DNA of 63,870 nucleotides, filler included, from Calcarisporiella thermophila CBS 279.70 (GCF_041956535.1; 3 parts of 3 records of this genome joined end to end with filler, not necessarily neighbours in it); one strand, 5' to 3'; positions 38,324 through 51,650 are shown, counted from the first letter of the whole stretch. Translations and numbers: made by a program. The notes: generated from the sequence alone by a model not told the origin.

Positions 38324-39008
38324 AAGCGCAAAATGTCATACTAAGGGACCACGAAAAGGCGGGAAAGCGCAAGAGTTACTCTTCGGCGCAGAAGAAGTGG
38401 TTCGAGTGGTGCAAAGCAAATGACGTGCCTCCTTTCCTTACTCCTGCGGTGGCAATCGCTAATTTCTTGGCAAGCCAATACGCACAGGGAATATCGGCGG
38501 ATTCCTGCCATCTATATCGCTCAGCCATCGGGGAACTACAGACGAGCCATCCATCTCATCTCGATTCCATCGTCGCTAGATTCCTTAGGGCAGTAGACAG
38601 ATTGGCGCCCCCATTAAACCTGGCGGAAGACCCTATCGACATCACCCCGATTCTGGAACATCTCAGAGGAACGCCCAACACTGAACTATCCCTCCGTAAC
38701 CTTACAAGTTGGCATGGCTCCTGGCAGTAGTTACCTTTTCTAGAGTATCCGATCTAGCACGCATGGACCTTCAGTCGATCGCGGTCGGCGAAACAATGAT
38801 GAAGGGGAAGCTAATAGCACCGAAGGAAACCAGAAGGAATCGGCGCATCATAAAACCCTTCCATGTCCATCGATTCCCAGACCCCAACCTCTGTCCATTA
38901 GAGTGTTTCATGGAATATAGGAGGCGCTGGCAAAAGCAGGGTAAACTGCAACAAGGCTCAGAGGTATTCCTTGAATTCATGATGCCTTGGACTTCAACAT
39001 GTTTTTAA
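37876..39008 (+). pseudogene. DIRS tyrosine recombinase, frameshifted near 38708 and truncated
   Basis: SYSSAQKKWFEWC, YRSAI, WLLAVVTFSRVSDLAR (catalytic Arg box), PKE, LCPL. No HxxR/Tyr boxes seen. Confidence 0.8.
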
Positions 39009-40872
39009 ATAATAGTGCCAGCCAATTGAGCAAATAGAATTTTTTATTTATCACTGTAGAACACTCAATATTTAGAACGACTATTATATTTTACTTATGT
39101 TTATAATATCATTATTTCTGTAACATTTGTCTCAGGAGACGAATAGTATAACGCTGAGACTTGCAGCTGCTATCTTTAATAATCGCTAATTTGACATTCT
39201 GCTTACCACAGCTAATTTGCCGCACATTGTAATCTCAATAAATAACCTAATTATTCCCAGGCAAACTCTATTTTAGCAATATAGTACCTCCTAAATACAT
39301 TAGAATTTATTTTATCAAATACGTGACAATTTTTTTACTAAAAGATAACTAATATCAATCTCTGTGCAGTTATTGAGGATTAGTATATAGAAACCTAAAT
39401 TCCTCTCCCGGAATTACTGTATAGGCGGATTATACAACTCAATTTGATATTTAATTACATATCGACTCATCATAAAGCAGACAAATCAAATAAACAAACA
39501 AATTTAAGAAATCTGTCAAAATTCATATTTCACCACTCAGAAAAGGTTACCAATAATTCTACCACTCGTTTGAATATGGCAATTATAGCTTTCTCAAATT
39601 CAAAAATTGACTATAGTATATAGAAACCGATGCCTATTATTCATTTCACATTTAATTCGGTATTACATATACAATATCATTCCTGTATTAGCTTAATGAT
39701 TTCTTGATTCATTTATTCGTGAGTTTGAGTGAATACTCAATTCAACTATAAGTTAATAACGTTATTATTGCATCCGAATATTGATATTTATAACACAGTT
39801 AGTGATTTTTATTATAAAAAAATTATCAACAATATTACTCAACGAGGCAATTTATATGTACAGGTTCTAACTACGTTAAATCGTTGATACTTATTGGTAA
39901 GATATTAGACTTCAACCAATCTATTTGAATTCTCAATTGACCTTCACCAGTATATATGCTGTACTCTAAATAGGTAATTTTCGCTTTAGAGCTGAGCGAT
40001 GTCATGGGACAAGTTTATTACCTAAGATTGAGTGCCGGAAATATCACTGTGAATTTTTGTTTTAATTTGGCCTTGATCAACAGCAACTGCATTTCCATGG
40101 ATATTGTGTCTCATCGCCTACAGGAACCATTTATATTTAAAGGGTTCCAGTGCACAATAGATAAAAATTAATAGGGCTTTGACTGAAGAAACTCTATATC
40201 TAATATTATTGAGAAATTACATATGCAATAAAAAATGTCAATAGAGTCACCTATGAAGTGGCTTAGTAAATTAAATTTGAGTTTTCAAATTAATGGGCTA
40301 ATTTTACTTTATAATCTACGAGTGTTCTACTTAAAAACGGAAACAAACATGCCACAAAAGCTTACATAAGTATGTTTTTTAAAATTCTCAACAGGTATCT
40401 CAATAAATCGAAATATTTTACTTTTTTGTCGTAGCAATTTGGCATCAATCACTGGCGTGTACCGTTTATAATGTGCATATATCCACGGTGTATTACTGGT
40501 TTTGTAAAGACATAGTATAGTATTTGACTAATGCTAATCAGATCTCTTAAAAAATATTATCCTTTTTTACATAAATCAAAGTCTTTTGACAAATCCACTT
40601 AATATTTGCTTAACAAATACACTTGCTATAAATTATACATGCCTTATTCTATCACAATATAAATGTCTCCTCTTTGGTCGTACGTTTGAGGGTGATTACC
40701 AGGATCACCACTTGCTTAACTAATGACTCAATATTTTATTTGGCTTAAAATACGAAACCAGACTTTAATTATATATGAGAATTGAAATGAAAAATGTTAG
40801 TAAATGTATAAATAGTCTACGCTCTCATTGAGAATACACATACCCATAGCATTATTTTCCTACATCATAAAA

Positions 40873-41707
40873 ATGCGTTTACTTGTTGTTTCCTCTATCC
40901 TTACTTTATCTAGCCTCATATCAGCTCAGCCTTTGAAGGCACAAAGCGATGAATCTATGGGTGCTCAAATCTGGGGAGGCGAAAAGGTAAAGCCCGGCGA
41001 GCTCCCTTCAACTGTTTACGTACGAGGTTCAAACTTCGCTTGCACGGGCTCCCTCATTAAACCAGATGTAGTATTAACTGCAGCCCATTGTGTGGCTTCT
41101 AGCGGTATGTATATTCGCGCTAACAGCTTGAGCGCTACTACCGGTGGAAACAAAATAAATGTTAAGCGAGGTTTGCAACACGAGCAGTATCGAGGCAGCA
41201 ATCTTAAGGTTATTATTTTGATTATCACAAAAAATTTTTTTCTATTAATTCTTCTTATGTTAATACCTTTTACTGATATAGTACGATATTGGTCTTCTTT
41301 TCCTCTCAGAGCCAGTTCCTAACGCCCAACCCATCACTATAAAAGTTGAAGCTCCTAACCCAGGCGATACTGTCTATGCTGCAGGGTGGGGAGTTACGGA
41401 AACTGGTAGAACCTCAGATGCTCTACTCAAAGTTGAACTTAAAGTGGGTGACACAAGGGTCTGTGGCCAACCTCCGACTGGAACAAACTTCTGCTATGTG
41501 CCAGTAGCTGGGAAGGGTATTTGTTTCGGTGACAGCGGTGGCCCAGTTTATAAGATCCAGGATGGAAAGAATTATATTTTAGGAGTCTCGAGCTATATTA
41601 GCAAGAATCAGTGTGGCCAATCAGATACCAAAGGCTACTTTAACAGAGCTGGTTACCATATTGAATGGATCAGAAAGAACGCAGGAGTTGGCATAGCTCA
41701 ACAGTAA
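40873..41707 (+). CDS. Secreted S1 (trypsin/chymotrypsin-fold) serine protease, 2 exons
   Basis: Signal peptide, IWGG, CTGSLI, LTAAHC, intron 41209-41281, YDIGLL, AAGWG, GDSGGP. Confidence 0.93.
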
Positions 41708-42540
41708 ACAGAGTATACTCCTGACATGATTTTTATTTTCTACATAAACAAAATATTATATAAATTGTGCCAATAGTTTAATTCCCTTGTGACTCATCTA
41801 TAGGGTTTTGGCTTTTATAGTCTCTAAAAAGTTTTGACCGTAATGAGGGGGAATACCTAGTGACATTTTAAGAAACATGAGTTTATTGCTTGAGATATTT
41901 ATTATATTTTTAAATATATGCACAGTAACTGAAGGTATTTGTGCTTCATATAAATTAAGGCAATTGTTTCCGTAGCTATTATTAGTATTGAAACATCAAC
42001 CCGGTATAATCGACACGTATTGAGCCATTTTGATGTAATTTTGTGCGAAATATCCCTTATTACATCTTTTCCTTTCAATTAGCAATATATATTCTCAGCA
42101 TCTACAAATAGCTTAAAGTCTATACTAGTATATATTTTAAAGACGGTTAATTCACGAGCATGTTTTTTATTTTGGAACAGAGTGAAAAAATAGATATCAA
42201 TCAATCAATAATCGCTATTATTAATAAAATTTGTGATATACACTAGCGAAATTTATCCGACTTATCCAAAGTGTATTATGTATTAATAAATACGAACTAT
42301 ACAGAAAATGAAACATGTCACCCATAAACGAATTCGATTTTTTCTTGGATTTGTTTCATTGAGAGTGATGAATGAAATATCCAACAAATCACGATTTTAG
42401 ATGAAAATTAGCATCACATGCATTGAAACGAGTTAGAATCTAAGCTTATTTAAATATTCATACATTGCACCCTGTTATTACGAGAAATATCTAATTTTTC
42501 CCTACTTTCAAGTAATTTTGATTGAAATATCATATAATCA

Positions 42541-43672
42541 ATGAAGTTTTTGTACTATTTTATTTTGCTTTGTCTTCCAACTTGGGCACTTTCTAACCCT
42601 CTCTCAGATACTTTGCGAACAATCCCTAATGAGCCTGATCATCAGTCTCTCAGTTATCCTCAAATGGATACTCTGAAGCAATATATGAAGTTGATATCAG
42701 CAGGAGTATGCCAGCTAATGAAACCTGGCCCATTTGTGTGCGATCTTTACTGCAGGGATTTCCCAAACACTACACTAATTGAATACTTTCAAATGAAAGT
42801 TGGTGATGTTGTTGGCTATGTGGCGCGAGATGATAACAGAAAAGCAATTGTTATCGTATTCAGGGGAGCAATAACTATAGAAAGCTGGAGTGAAATTATA
42901 AAGGGAGTTGGGCCTAAACAACCTTTCGACCCATTGGATAGTTCAAAGGGTACTGTACATTTCGGTTTCCTAGAAGCATATAATGCCGCCAAGGACCATA
43001 TTGGCGAGCTTCTCATGAAGCAAATAATGGAGCACCCTGGTTATGAAGTAGAAGTTTTGGGTTGGAGCTACGGGGGTGCAATGGCTTCTTTGAATGCAAT
43101 GGACCTATGGAATAGGTTAAAAATTCCAGCTAAGAAAATCGTTCTTGTCACCTTTGGTCAACCACGTGTAGGAGACCAAGTATATGCAGATTGGGTGGAC
43201 AAGTCTGGGATCTTAATAAAGCGGTTAGTTCATAAGAATGATATAGTACCACATCTTGGACCGGATTTTTTAGGCTACAGAGTAAGATTTTCGAATATAT
43301 TTATCACTTTAAAATGAAATTGTCTTATTTATCTTTTTGCAACTACAGCATCACTCGGCAGAGATTCATACAAATGCGTTAACAGGTCGTACTACCCAAT
43401 GTGTGCAACCGGAGGATAAAGAATGCTCCTACGGAGTACCGCTAGCTTTACTTAACGCTATAGATGTAAGATATCCAACCTATTCAAGCCTATACATAAA
43501 AATTGCAATTAACTTTAACTCACTATATTAGCATTTCCAAAATGCATATGGTGTATTCATGCTAGGATGTTCACGTGACGCGCTAGTTGGTCAAATTAGC
43601 CAACTAAAAGATATTTTGAAGCTCACTAGTGGAGTTAATGGGAAAGTGGATGATAATAATCTATTTATTTAG
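42541..43672 (+). CDS. Secreted class-3 lipase, 3 exons
   Basis: Signal peptide, IVIVFRG, VHFGF, GWSYGG nucleophile elbow, TFGQPRVGD, HKNDIVPHL, catalytic His at the start of exon 3. Confidence 0.9.
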
Positions 43673-45005
43673 AATATTTGTTATTTTGATTGTAATCGCA
43701 TAATTAAGTCATACCTATAAAACATCAAACCATATTTTTTTATAACTCTATTAAAGTTGGAGGATAAATTGACGAAGTTTAGTAAGCAGATGAGGGGCAG
43801 AAATAGCAGGATTGGTTGTAAAGGCGATTTCGTCCTATATTTTGCGCTACATATAAAATTGATTTATAACACTTACTATTTTCTTTGGTGAAAGTGTATC
43901 AATTATTCATAATAACACTTATCCTCTGAAGGATGAGCGTAATCACAAGATCATCTTTGCCAAGTTAAATAATAGTTATATCTTTGAGACAAAGAATCTC
44001 AGGAACTGATCGCACTCTCCTCCGAATATGGCATTGTTTTGCTACTGCAAAAGAAATTTCGAGATTATAGGGTTTTTACTACAAATTTTGTGAATATAAT
44101 CTTTGATACTTATAATTCACGGAAGGCCACCTACGAATATAAACAAGGACTAGTGTAACCTCCTATGCTAACGATAAACGAATCTTGGAATACTTTTTTG
44201 TGGTTAGAAGAGATAGTTACGCCCAGAACATATTTAAAATCATATTTATCTAACCTGGGAATAACCGTAAGAATGCAAAGCCGTTGGATTCAACATTTTT
44301 CCCTAGCGGGTACCCAAATGGGTACATGCTGTGCTGAGATGAAAGTTAGTAATGTTGATGATTATCATTCGGCTATGCCGGTAACGAATAAATTAAAAGA
44401 ATACTGTGGTACGAGGAGCCATTGTAACAAAAAGCCTAGTCATTATCTTTACTTGGCTTTGATAATAAGAAAGAGGGCAAGTGATTAAAGAGTGCACAAA
44501 ATGGATCGCAAATACTTGTGCATCATGCATCCATTATTGTCTGTCCTCTCAACACTTAAATTTCCATGGAAACGGAAAAATTCCCCTCAAATTTTCCTTA
44601 TAAGGGTGGCTTATATATCAAATTTCTTTCTTATTGGATTTTTGACCCATTTTCATATAAGTGTTACCAGGAATAAGCGCATCTAGAGAAAGCAAAAGAG
44701 AAAAATAAAATGTGGATCGTATGCTAATGACAGTTTGTTTGTCTCTCGTTGGTTTTGTGAACCCGCTTCTTATTCCCAAAAACGCTGTGCTTATTTTTTG
44801 GCAATCTCTCGTGTGATATAAATTAACCTTGATTCTCACACAGACTTTGTCCTCTTCTCAGCGTTGATTATTTCGGGCAATTCCTCATATTTATTTCGCA
44901 ATTACCATTCATATTTTTTCACATTTTGTGAAGCGGGACTTCAATAAGCATCACGATCATCTATCATTTAACACTTCATTAGATTATTTCTTGTGTACAT
45001 TTACC

Positions 45006-46869
45006 ATGCATACTTCTTTGCTCCTTACTGTTCTTACATTGGCGAGCCTGGGGCTGGCTGCTCCTACAACGCAATCAGGGAACTCAACTTGGTCTGATTT
45101 TTACACTGACATGGCGAAAGCTCCTGGGAATAGCGAATCTACTGAAGCGCCTGAGTTCAATTGCATCCAATTTAACAATCCTTTGAATCCCAAAGATCGT
45201 CGTGAATGGCCATGTGAAGCTCTGGAACGACCAAAACTCACTCGTCGTCAGCAAAGCAATGCTGGTAATTCAGGTAATCAGTTCCGTATTCGGTTCCAGT
45301 GCAAAGGAGTTCCCAAGCAGATCTGCGATAAGGCAGAGAGAGAATTTCAATTAGCTGGGCAAATGCTTTCGGCTTCGATTAAACTCTCCCAACCCATCTC
45401 GGTGGATGCCCAATTTTTCTCCTTCAAGAATTCAGAGGTTGCCCAAGAAATTCCAAATTCAGATGGCTTTCTTGGTTTCGCGGGGCCGACCAGAATGCTG
45501 CCCATGCGAGATGACGATGGAGTAGTAAGAATGTTTCCACAAGCACTTGTGAAGCAAATGAATGTTCGAAGTTCTCAGTTTGCGAGAGATGATATTGAGG
45601 CTAAATTTAACGCTGATTTTCCGTTACGTTTCGTTGATGAAGTGGCAGAGAGGCCTAACGAAAAAACAGACTTTTTGGAAGTGGTAATGTACTAAATTTA
45701 GATATCATACTAAAATTTATATATATGAGATTGACTTTGATCATTTTTAGGTCATGCATGAACTTACTCATGGTCTTGGATTCCTTTCATTCTGGGAAGA
45801 TCGCGTCTCCCCAGGGGCTTTACTAACTCCAGAACAAAATCTAAGGATAAATCCAGACCAATCGGCTAATATCAATGGCTTTAGGGAATCAATCTTTGAC
45901 CGCTTCATGATAACTTTGCCAGAAAAAGAGCCTATGACGAAGATCACACAGCAACTAAATCAGTTCAATGGAAGGCGCAGCTTCCGATCGCAATCGCCTG
46001 AACAGTTTGCCTCAGTGTTCGGAAGGAGTCCTCAAGGAAGAATAGCTGCGAGGATGATGCAAAAAGCCACTGGAGGAAAGAGAGGACAGGGTATGGCATT
46101 CAAAGCCTCGAGAGAAGCAGGTGGGCAACAGGTGCTATTGGAAACATCACTTAGTCCGTTCAGACAGGGATCTAGTGTCTCTCATATTGACAAGCAGTCC
46201 CACTTGAAAACTAGAGACCGGTTGATGATGTTTTCGGCCGAACCCGATTTAACTTTTGAACAAGTTATCCGACAACTTGGCAATCCAATTGGGCCCGAAT
46301 TGGCAGCAGTTCTCAATACTATCGGATACACTGTAGAGCCAGCAAGTAAACAAACTATCATTAACTTGTTGGAGGAGGCAAGGAGAGAAGAAACTGGTAG
46401 AGGTAACCGACAAGGTGGAAACAACAGGCAGGGTGGGAATGAAGATTCTGAAGATACAAACACCGGTAGAGCCAATGGCACCAAAGGTGGCGGTAGGAAT
46501 AATTCAGGTAGAAAGAATGGCGGTAGGAAAAATTCCGACGCGAGTAATTCTGGAAATAGCGGAACCGGCACTCAAGGCGAGAATAGCAATAGCATTGGTA
46601 ACGAGGGCTCCGAAATCAACCCGGCTGAAAACAGTGGTGAAAGGACTAGCTCAGGAACTAGGAATGGTGGCACGAGAACTAGAAGAGGGAATAGAAAGAA
46701 GAAAAATTCACGTACGAAGAAAGGCGGTAAGAATAGCAACTCCAGGCAAGGAGAAAAGAGCATCACGAATGCTGGAGGAAATAAGAGAGCAAATAAGGGT
46801 GCCAAATCCAGCAATAGTCGTTCTAAAGGAGCCAAGAGCGAGAATCTAAGCGAACAATTAGATAATTAG
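45006..46869 (+). CDS. Secreted HExxH zinc metalloprotease-like protein with G/N/R/K-rich tail, 2 exons
   Basis: Signal peptide, intron 45684-45750, HELTHGLGF, downstream SHID and LMM, low-complexity C-terminus. Confidence 0.75.
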
Positions 46870-47257
46870 CGTTGATCAAGACGCTTTTTTCGAGTTGATC
46901 ATTTTTAAATCATTTATTGTATCGCCTTTGATTACCGGAATAGTAGGGAAATATATTTTAGCAAATTTTTGAATTTAACGTGTATTTTAATAAACTTGCT
47001 ACAAATCCGCTTAAATTTCCAGTTACCCACAACCTATTGAAAGTTTGGCAGTTTAATTCATCATTTCAAGTAAGGTTCAGGTCCATTACTGATCTGCAAT
47101 ACCTCTTTTCTCTCTTTTGGAACGTATTTTTTACCACTTAATGATTTTATCTGAAGGGAATGGAGAGTAGGATTCTACGTCAAAATCACCCAGGTACTGC
47201 CTTTGGCCTCCCATTTTTGTGGTTGTATTTCTCCTAAGGAATTTTGCTACTTATCTT

Positions 47258-47788
47258 TGTAGCCGCTTGATATTACTTGCTTGTTGCTATATTATTGATA
47301 GCGGTTGAGTCCTGAGAGAAACCCGGTTAACTCTTATGGACGGGCGTCGCCTACGGGAATCGAACCTGCAACTTAGTGTTTCAACTCCGGGGACACAATC
47401 AAGAGTTTAGGGATAGCTAGAGGATTGTCATGATAGACCTGGTCTAAGTCTTACTTAACCTAACCTAAATAAACTAGTATTATCCCGAGTATCCCCGTAT
47501 GTATCACGCAGATTCTAACACAATTATTGTGTGAAAAATTGGCACATATGGATCGATGGCTCAGTATTGAGGAGAGGCTTAGATTTAGTCTGACAGTTAT
47601 CTTTTATTTTTTGATTAGACACTTATCTTTAGGTAATTTTAGTGGTATATTAGAGTTTTACAACTATCTTTTATCTTTAGATTATCTTATTACTTGATTA
47701 TCTCATTTATATCTTCATGATAATCTTGTTGCTATTTATATCTGTGATATATTAGCATTAATATCTAAAGAGTATATCTTTAGTTTAC
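47258..47788. repeat. Two adjacent LTR-like segments (47258-47520 and about 47528-47788)
   Basis: TG...CA ends, a shared CTTGTTGCTAT motif and AT-rich LTR-like composition next to a Gypsy relic. No TSDs found. Confidence 0.35.
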
Positions 47789-47809
47789 AATAAAGTGTAC
47801 TGTTTAGTT

Positions 47810-49356
47810 AGGATAAAATCCGATTACACTACCACCATCTTGTGTCGATTACTAGTCTTAACATCCCTTGTAAACACGCATCTGTTTTGCATCAACAACT
47901 CCTTCAGCTGTTCTTCTTCCTTCGCTATCAACTTCGCTTTCTTTCCTCCACTTAAGGCTTTATCATCCCCGAACACCAACTCCTCGAAATCTTCTGGAAT
48001 CGCCAAATGTAGACCACTCTCCGACTTCTTTGCCTCTTGTTCCTGCACCACTAAATTATCCCCGACCTCATTACTCTGCAGAGATACGTGTTTACAGCCG
48101 GCAATTCCTCGTCGTCTTCATCGTCACTCTCCTCTTGTAATACCGTCACCGGTATATATGCCTTCACACCTTTACGCACTAACACCAACTTCCTCTCAAT
48201 CAGGTCTGGTGTCGCCTGATTCTCCAAAAACCAATCCACACCCAACAATAACGCTTCGCTCAACCCTTCCAGTATCGCCAGATCTACCCACATATCGAAA
48301 TTGCAAACCTGGATGATGACAGAAGAAATGATGCCTCGCGGAATATGTTCTCCATATATTTCACCGACTCATCTTCCATCGTTATTCTCTCCTCTGGACT
48401 CTCGTTCGATATAACTGCGGCATTATCCCCACTTTCAACCACCCTCTCCTCTGGCGCCAACCTCCTCTTCTTCATCTCGCCACCTCCTCTCCCAACCAAC
48501 TTCCGCTTCTCCACCAACAACAGTTTAGCCAACTTCTACGCTGCTTCCACTTCCTCCAATCCTTCTTCTGTATCGAAAAATTCCCTCATCAGACTCTCAC
48601 TATCACTTGCTTCTACTCTATCCACCTCTTTATTCTTTTCCACCTCAATTTCCTTTCCTATGCCCTTGGTCTCCACGCAATTCACCCTGCCACTGGAGGA
48701 TTTGAACTAATGGGCACCCGAACCTCCATTCTGAGACGCCGCTACTCTTTTCCCGACTTTCCAGGTTCGCCTTGAGTATCGCCTTGCCCTTCCATGTTGT
48801 AAGGACTATTACGCTTTATGTGTCCCTCTTGCTGGCACGCAAAGCAGACCTTTGGCTGTAATCGTCGGTTTCCATTTAAGAGGTTGATTTTCAGCTTCAT
48901 AAATTCATCCACTAATAAACCAAGTTTTTCGTCGACAAATTGCGGTTTCGCTAAATTTCCTTACTCGGTATATCCTCGATTGGGCGCTGCTGAGATGTTT
49001 TCCGTTCTCTTGGCGTTGCCATTTTCGAATGCCTCTTGGCTTGCCATCCTTCGTGAACCTTTTGACTGCGGTGCTTCGAATTCACCTTGGTCGAAAGCCA
49101 TTTCCTCAACTTGAGCAAGTTCTACAACCTCCTCGAAGGTCTCTGGTTTCGCTCGTCTAATATTTGTTTGGTATATCGGCTTCAACGCTCTTATCAGGTA
49201 TCTGAGCTTTTCTCTCTCATCAGACATTCCAACTCTATCGATCAGCTTTTTAACCGAATGTACCAGCTTCCCCACCGTCTCATTTGGCTTCTGACGACGG
49301 TTCTCTAACTCCTGGTGCCACCGCTCAACTCGCCTTTCTGTCCTGAATTTGGTCAT
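47810..49356 (-). mobile_element. Degenerate Ty3/Gypsy gag-protease relic
   Basis: Gag RRQKPNETV..EKLRYLIRALKP..PETFEEVVELA, zinc knuckle CFACQQEGHI, protease end LLLGVDWF; stops and frameshifts. Confidence 0.8.
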
Positions 49357-49375
49357 CCTAGGATTTTCATCGTAA

Positions 49376-49662
49376 TGTTACGTAGAATATAAGATAGTAT
49401 AAAGAATAAGGATAAGATATTCATAATCTCAGAAGTTTATCAATGTTTCTCTGTAATGTAATTCTGCTCTTATTTTAGTTATATTCAGTTGTAGTTAGAA
49501 ACACTATATAAGTCATAACGTTCCTTTTGTAATAAGAAAAGACAGGATACAAGTTATTTGTTTTCCTATATTTTTGGTCTATTTTCCACTATCTTAAGTG
49601 CGTGTTCTGCATCAGAGACTGCAGAAGATTAAGATAGTAATCGGATAAGCAGGATACGTAAC
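49376..49662. repeat. Probable solo LTR
   Basis: TGTTACGTA...TACGTAAC inverted termini, internal TATATAA and a hairpin at 49588-49638. Confidence 0.45.
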
Positions 49663-49669
49663 CCTAACC

Positions 49670-51650
49670 TAAAGAAAAAAAAGGGAAAAGTAGGGAAAAG
49701 AACGATAGAGGAGATGGTATTAATATACAGCAGTGAAGGGTTGGGTGCAGTTCTCAAGCCGGAGTTGGGGCTGGGATTTGATCTTCAGAGGTGTCCTGGA
49801 TGAAAATCACAGAATCATCTATGATGTTCACCCAGTCTTCCCTTGACCATTTATCGATGAAGTCTCTTTTCCGTTCCTGTTTCATTGCCATCCACCACTT
49901 GGACTTTATTCCTCGTTGTAGTTCGTGGTCAAATTGTTTGGTTATGGCTACCGGATTGGGTTGGACATCGTCCAGCACTAATTCAAGTTTCGAGCGGTAT
50001 ATTATCCACAGGGTTATGTCGTGGCTCAGAGCAACTACTTCGTTGAAGCGTTGACTTATTTGTTTGTCTTGTCCAAACAGTCTGTCTTCTCTCGTGGATT
50101 CGTGTGGCGGTATTCCAATTATTCGGCAGTTTGTCTCATCAACTCTTTGCCAGAGTTTCCCGATAGCTGGGCAGTCTAGAAAGGCATGGGCAATGGTTTC
50201 AGGTATCCCTAGTGAACACCTTTTGCAAGTGTTAGGATCTCCAGTCCATTTGCTAGTGATGATTCTGGTAACTATTTTATGCTTCATAAGTCTCCAGCGA
50301 AGGGTTCTGTGCTTGGGTTCTGACGACTTTTCCACCTGGCCCATGCCTTCGTCTATCTGTCAACGTCATTGGAAACGTCCTTCCATTCCTCGGTGATTAT
50401 GGTTGGCGCATCCTGCTTGTATAGTCTCCCAGCTTTGGTGGTGTAAGCGGTGGTTTCAATCCCTGCAATAGAACATTTTGTTAAAGGAAAGTTGTGTTTG
50501 TTACTAACAAGGGGGATTCGCTGTGTGAGAGTCTCGGCGAGTCGTTCATCTAGGTGGAGCAGCTTTCTCCTCCATAGTAGGTGAAGATCGAGATAATGCT
50601 CTCTGAATTCCCTCGAGTATCTGTCAGGGTTCCTTGCGACTAGGGCGTGCACCTCGGGTTCGATCATCGGTTGGTTGATATTGTCTCTGTGTGGTTTGAA
50701 GAAATCTTCCAATTTCGCTAGCCCGAATTTTTCTGCCTTCCCTTTCACTGGTGCTCCTTCTATAGTAAAATAGGAATTGTTAAAAAATGGGGAGGGGGAG
50801 TACTTCATCTAGGGAGAATCTGCAAGACGAGGTTGTGGCAAAGTGTTGGAACCACGAGGCTAAAATTGCGTCGATTTGGTGTTTGGGGTTGATGAGGCCT
50901 AATCCAAATCCTGATGGCTGCTGCATTGTACTCAGGGCGATTTGCGGGTGTTTTTTTATCCCATAGGAAGTCTCTAACGATTGTGTCCAGCTGCTTCAAG
51001 AATTTGGCTGGAGGGGGGATCAATATTGCCGTGTACCATAGTTTGGATAACAGTTTCGAGTTAATCAAGAGAACTTTTCCATTCAAGGAGAGAGCTCTTA
51101 ATCTCCACGTTTTAACTGTTTTCCGCAGGCTGGTGAGCAGTTCTTCAAAATATTCATCGCCTGGAAAGATCTTTTTGGTGTTGAACGGCATTCCAAGGAG
51201 AGTGAATGTCCCTTCTTCATGGATGAAGTCACATGGTGGCGAAAGGGTTGCTCTGACTGTCGATGATAAAGGGACGGCTTCTGACTTGTGGTAATTGATT
51301 TTGGAGTTAGAAGCACTCTGGAAATCGATGAGTGTCTTTGAGAGGGTGTCTATGTCTTGCTGGTTTGCTACCGCAACTGTAATATCATCCGCGAAGGCTA
51401 TGGTGATGATGCTAGTGACTCTCGGGATAGTGATTCCAGTAAGGTTCGCTCTTAATTTTATCAGAAGGGGTTCTATGGCAATGTTATAGAGCAGGGGTGA
51501 TATAGGGTCGCCCTGACGTACTCCTTGATTGACCGGAAAGGGTAGGGTGACGTGATTGTTAATGATGACTGCCGCTGTGTTTTCCTTGTATATGGATGCG
51601 ATTAGGCGTGTAAACTTAGCCCCGAACCCGAAGGCTCTAAGGGATAGCTA
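49670..51650 (-). mobile_element. 5'-truncated non-LTR retrotransposon (L1/Tx1-like), frameshifted
   Basis: GVRQGDPISPLLYNIAIEPL, AFADD, LSLNGKVLLINSKLLSKLWY, C-terminal CKRC..ETIAHAFLDC zinc finger. Confidence 0.9.

Larger units (their letters stand above)
35331..39008 (+). mobile_element. DIRS1-like tyrosine-recombinase retrotransposon, defective and 3'-truncated
   Basis: Gag-like ORF, then RT/RNaseH/MT ORF, then an overlapping YR ORF, in three different frames. Terminal repeats not identified. Confidence 0.92.

Noticed and set aside
47340-47420. Functional tRNA gene
   Set aside because: No D-arm, A box or pairing acceptor 5' strand found.
47409-47422. 14-bp match AGGGATAGCTAGAG with 51640-51653 as a possible TSD
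   Set aside because: It would bracket several unrelated elements and does not match the LINE 3' end; probably chance.
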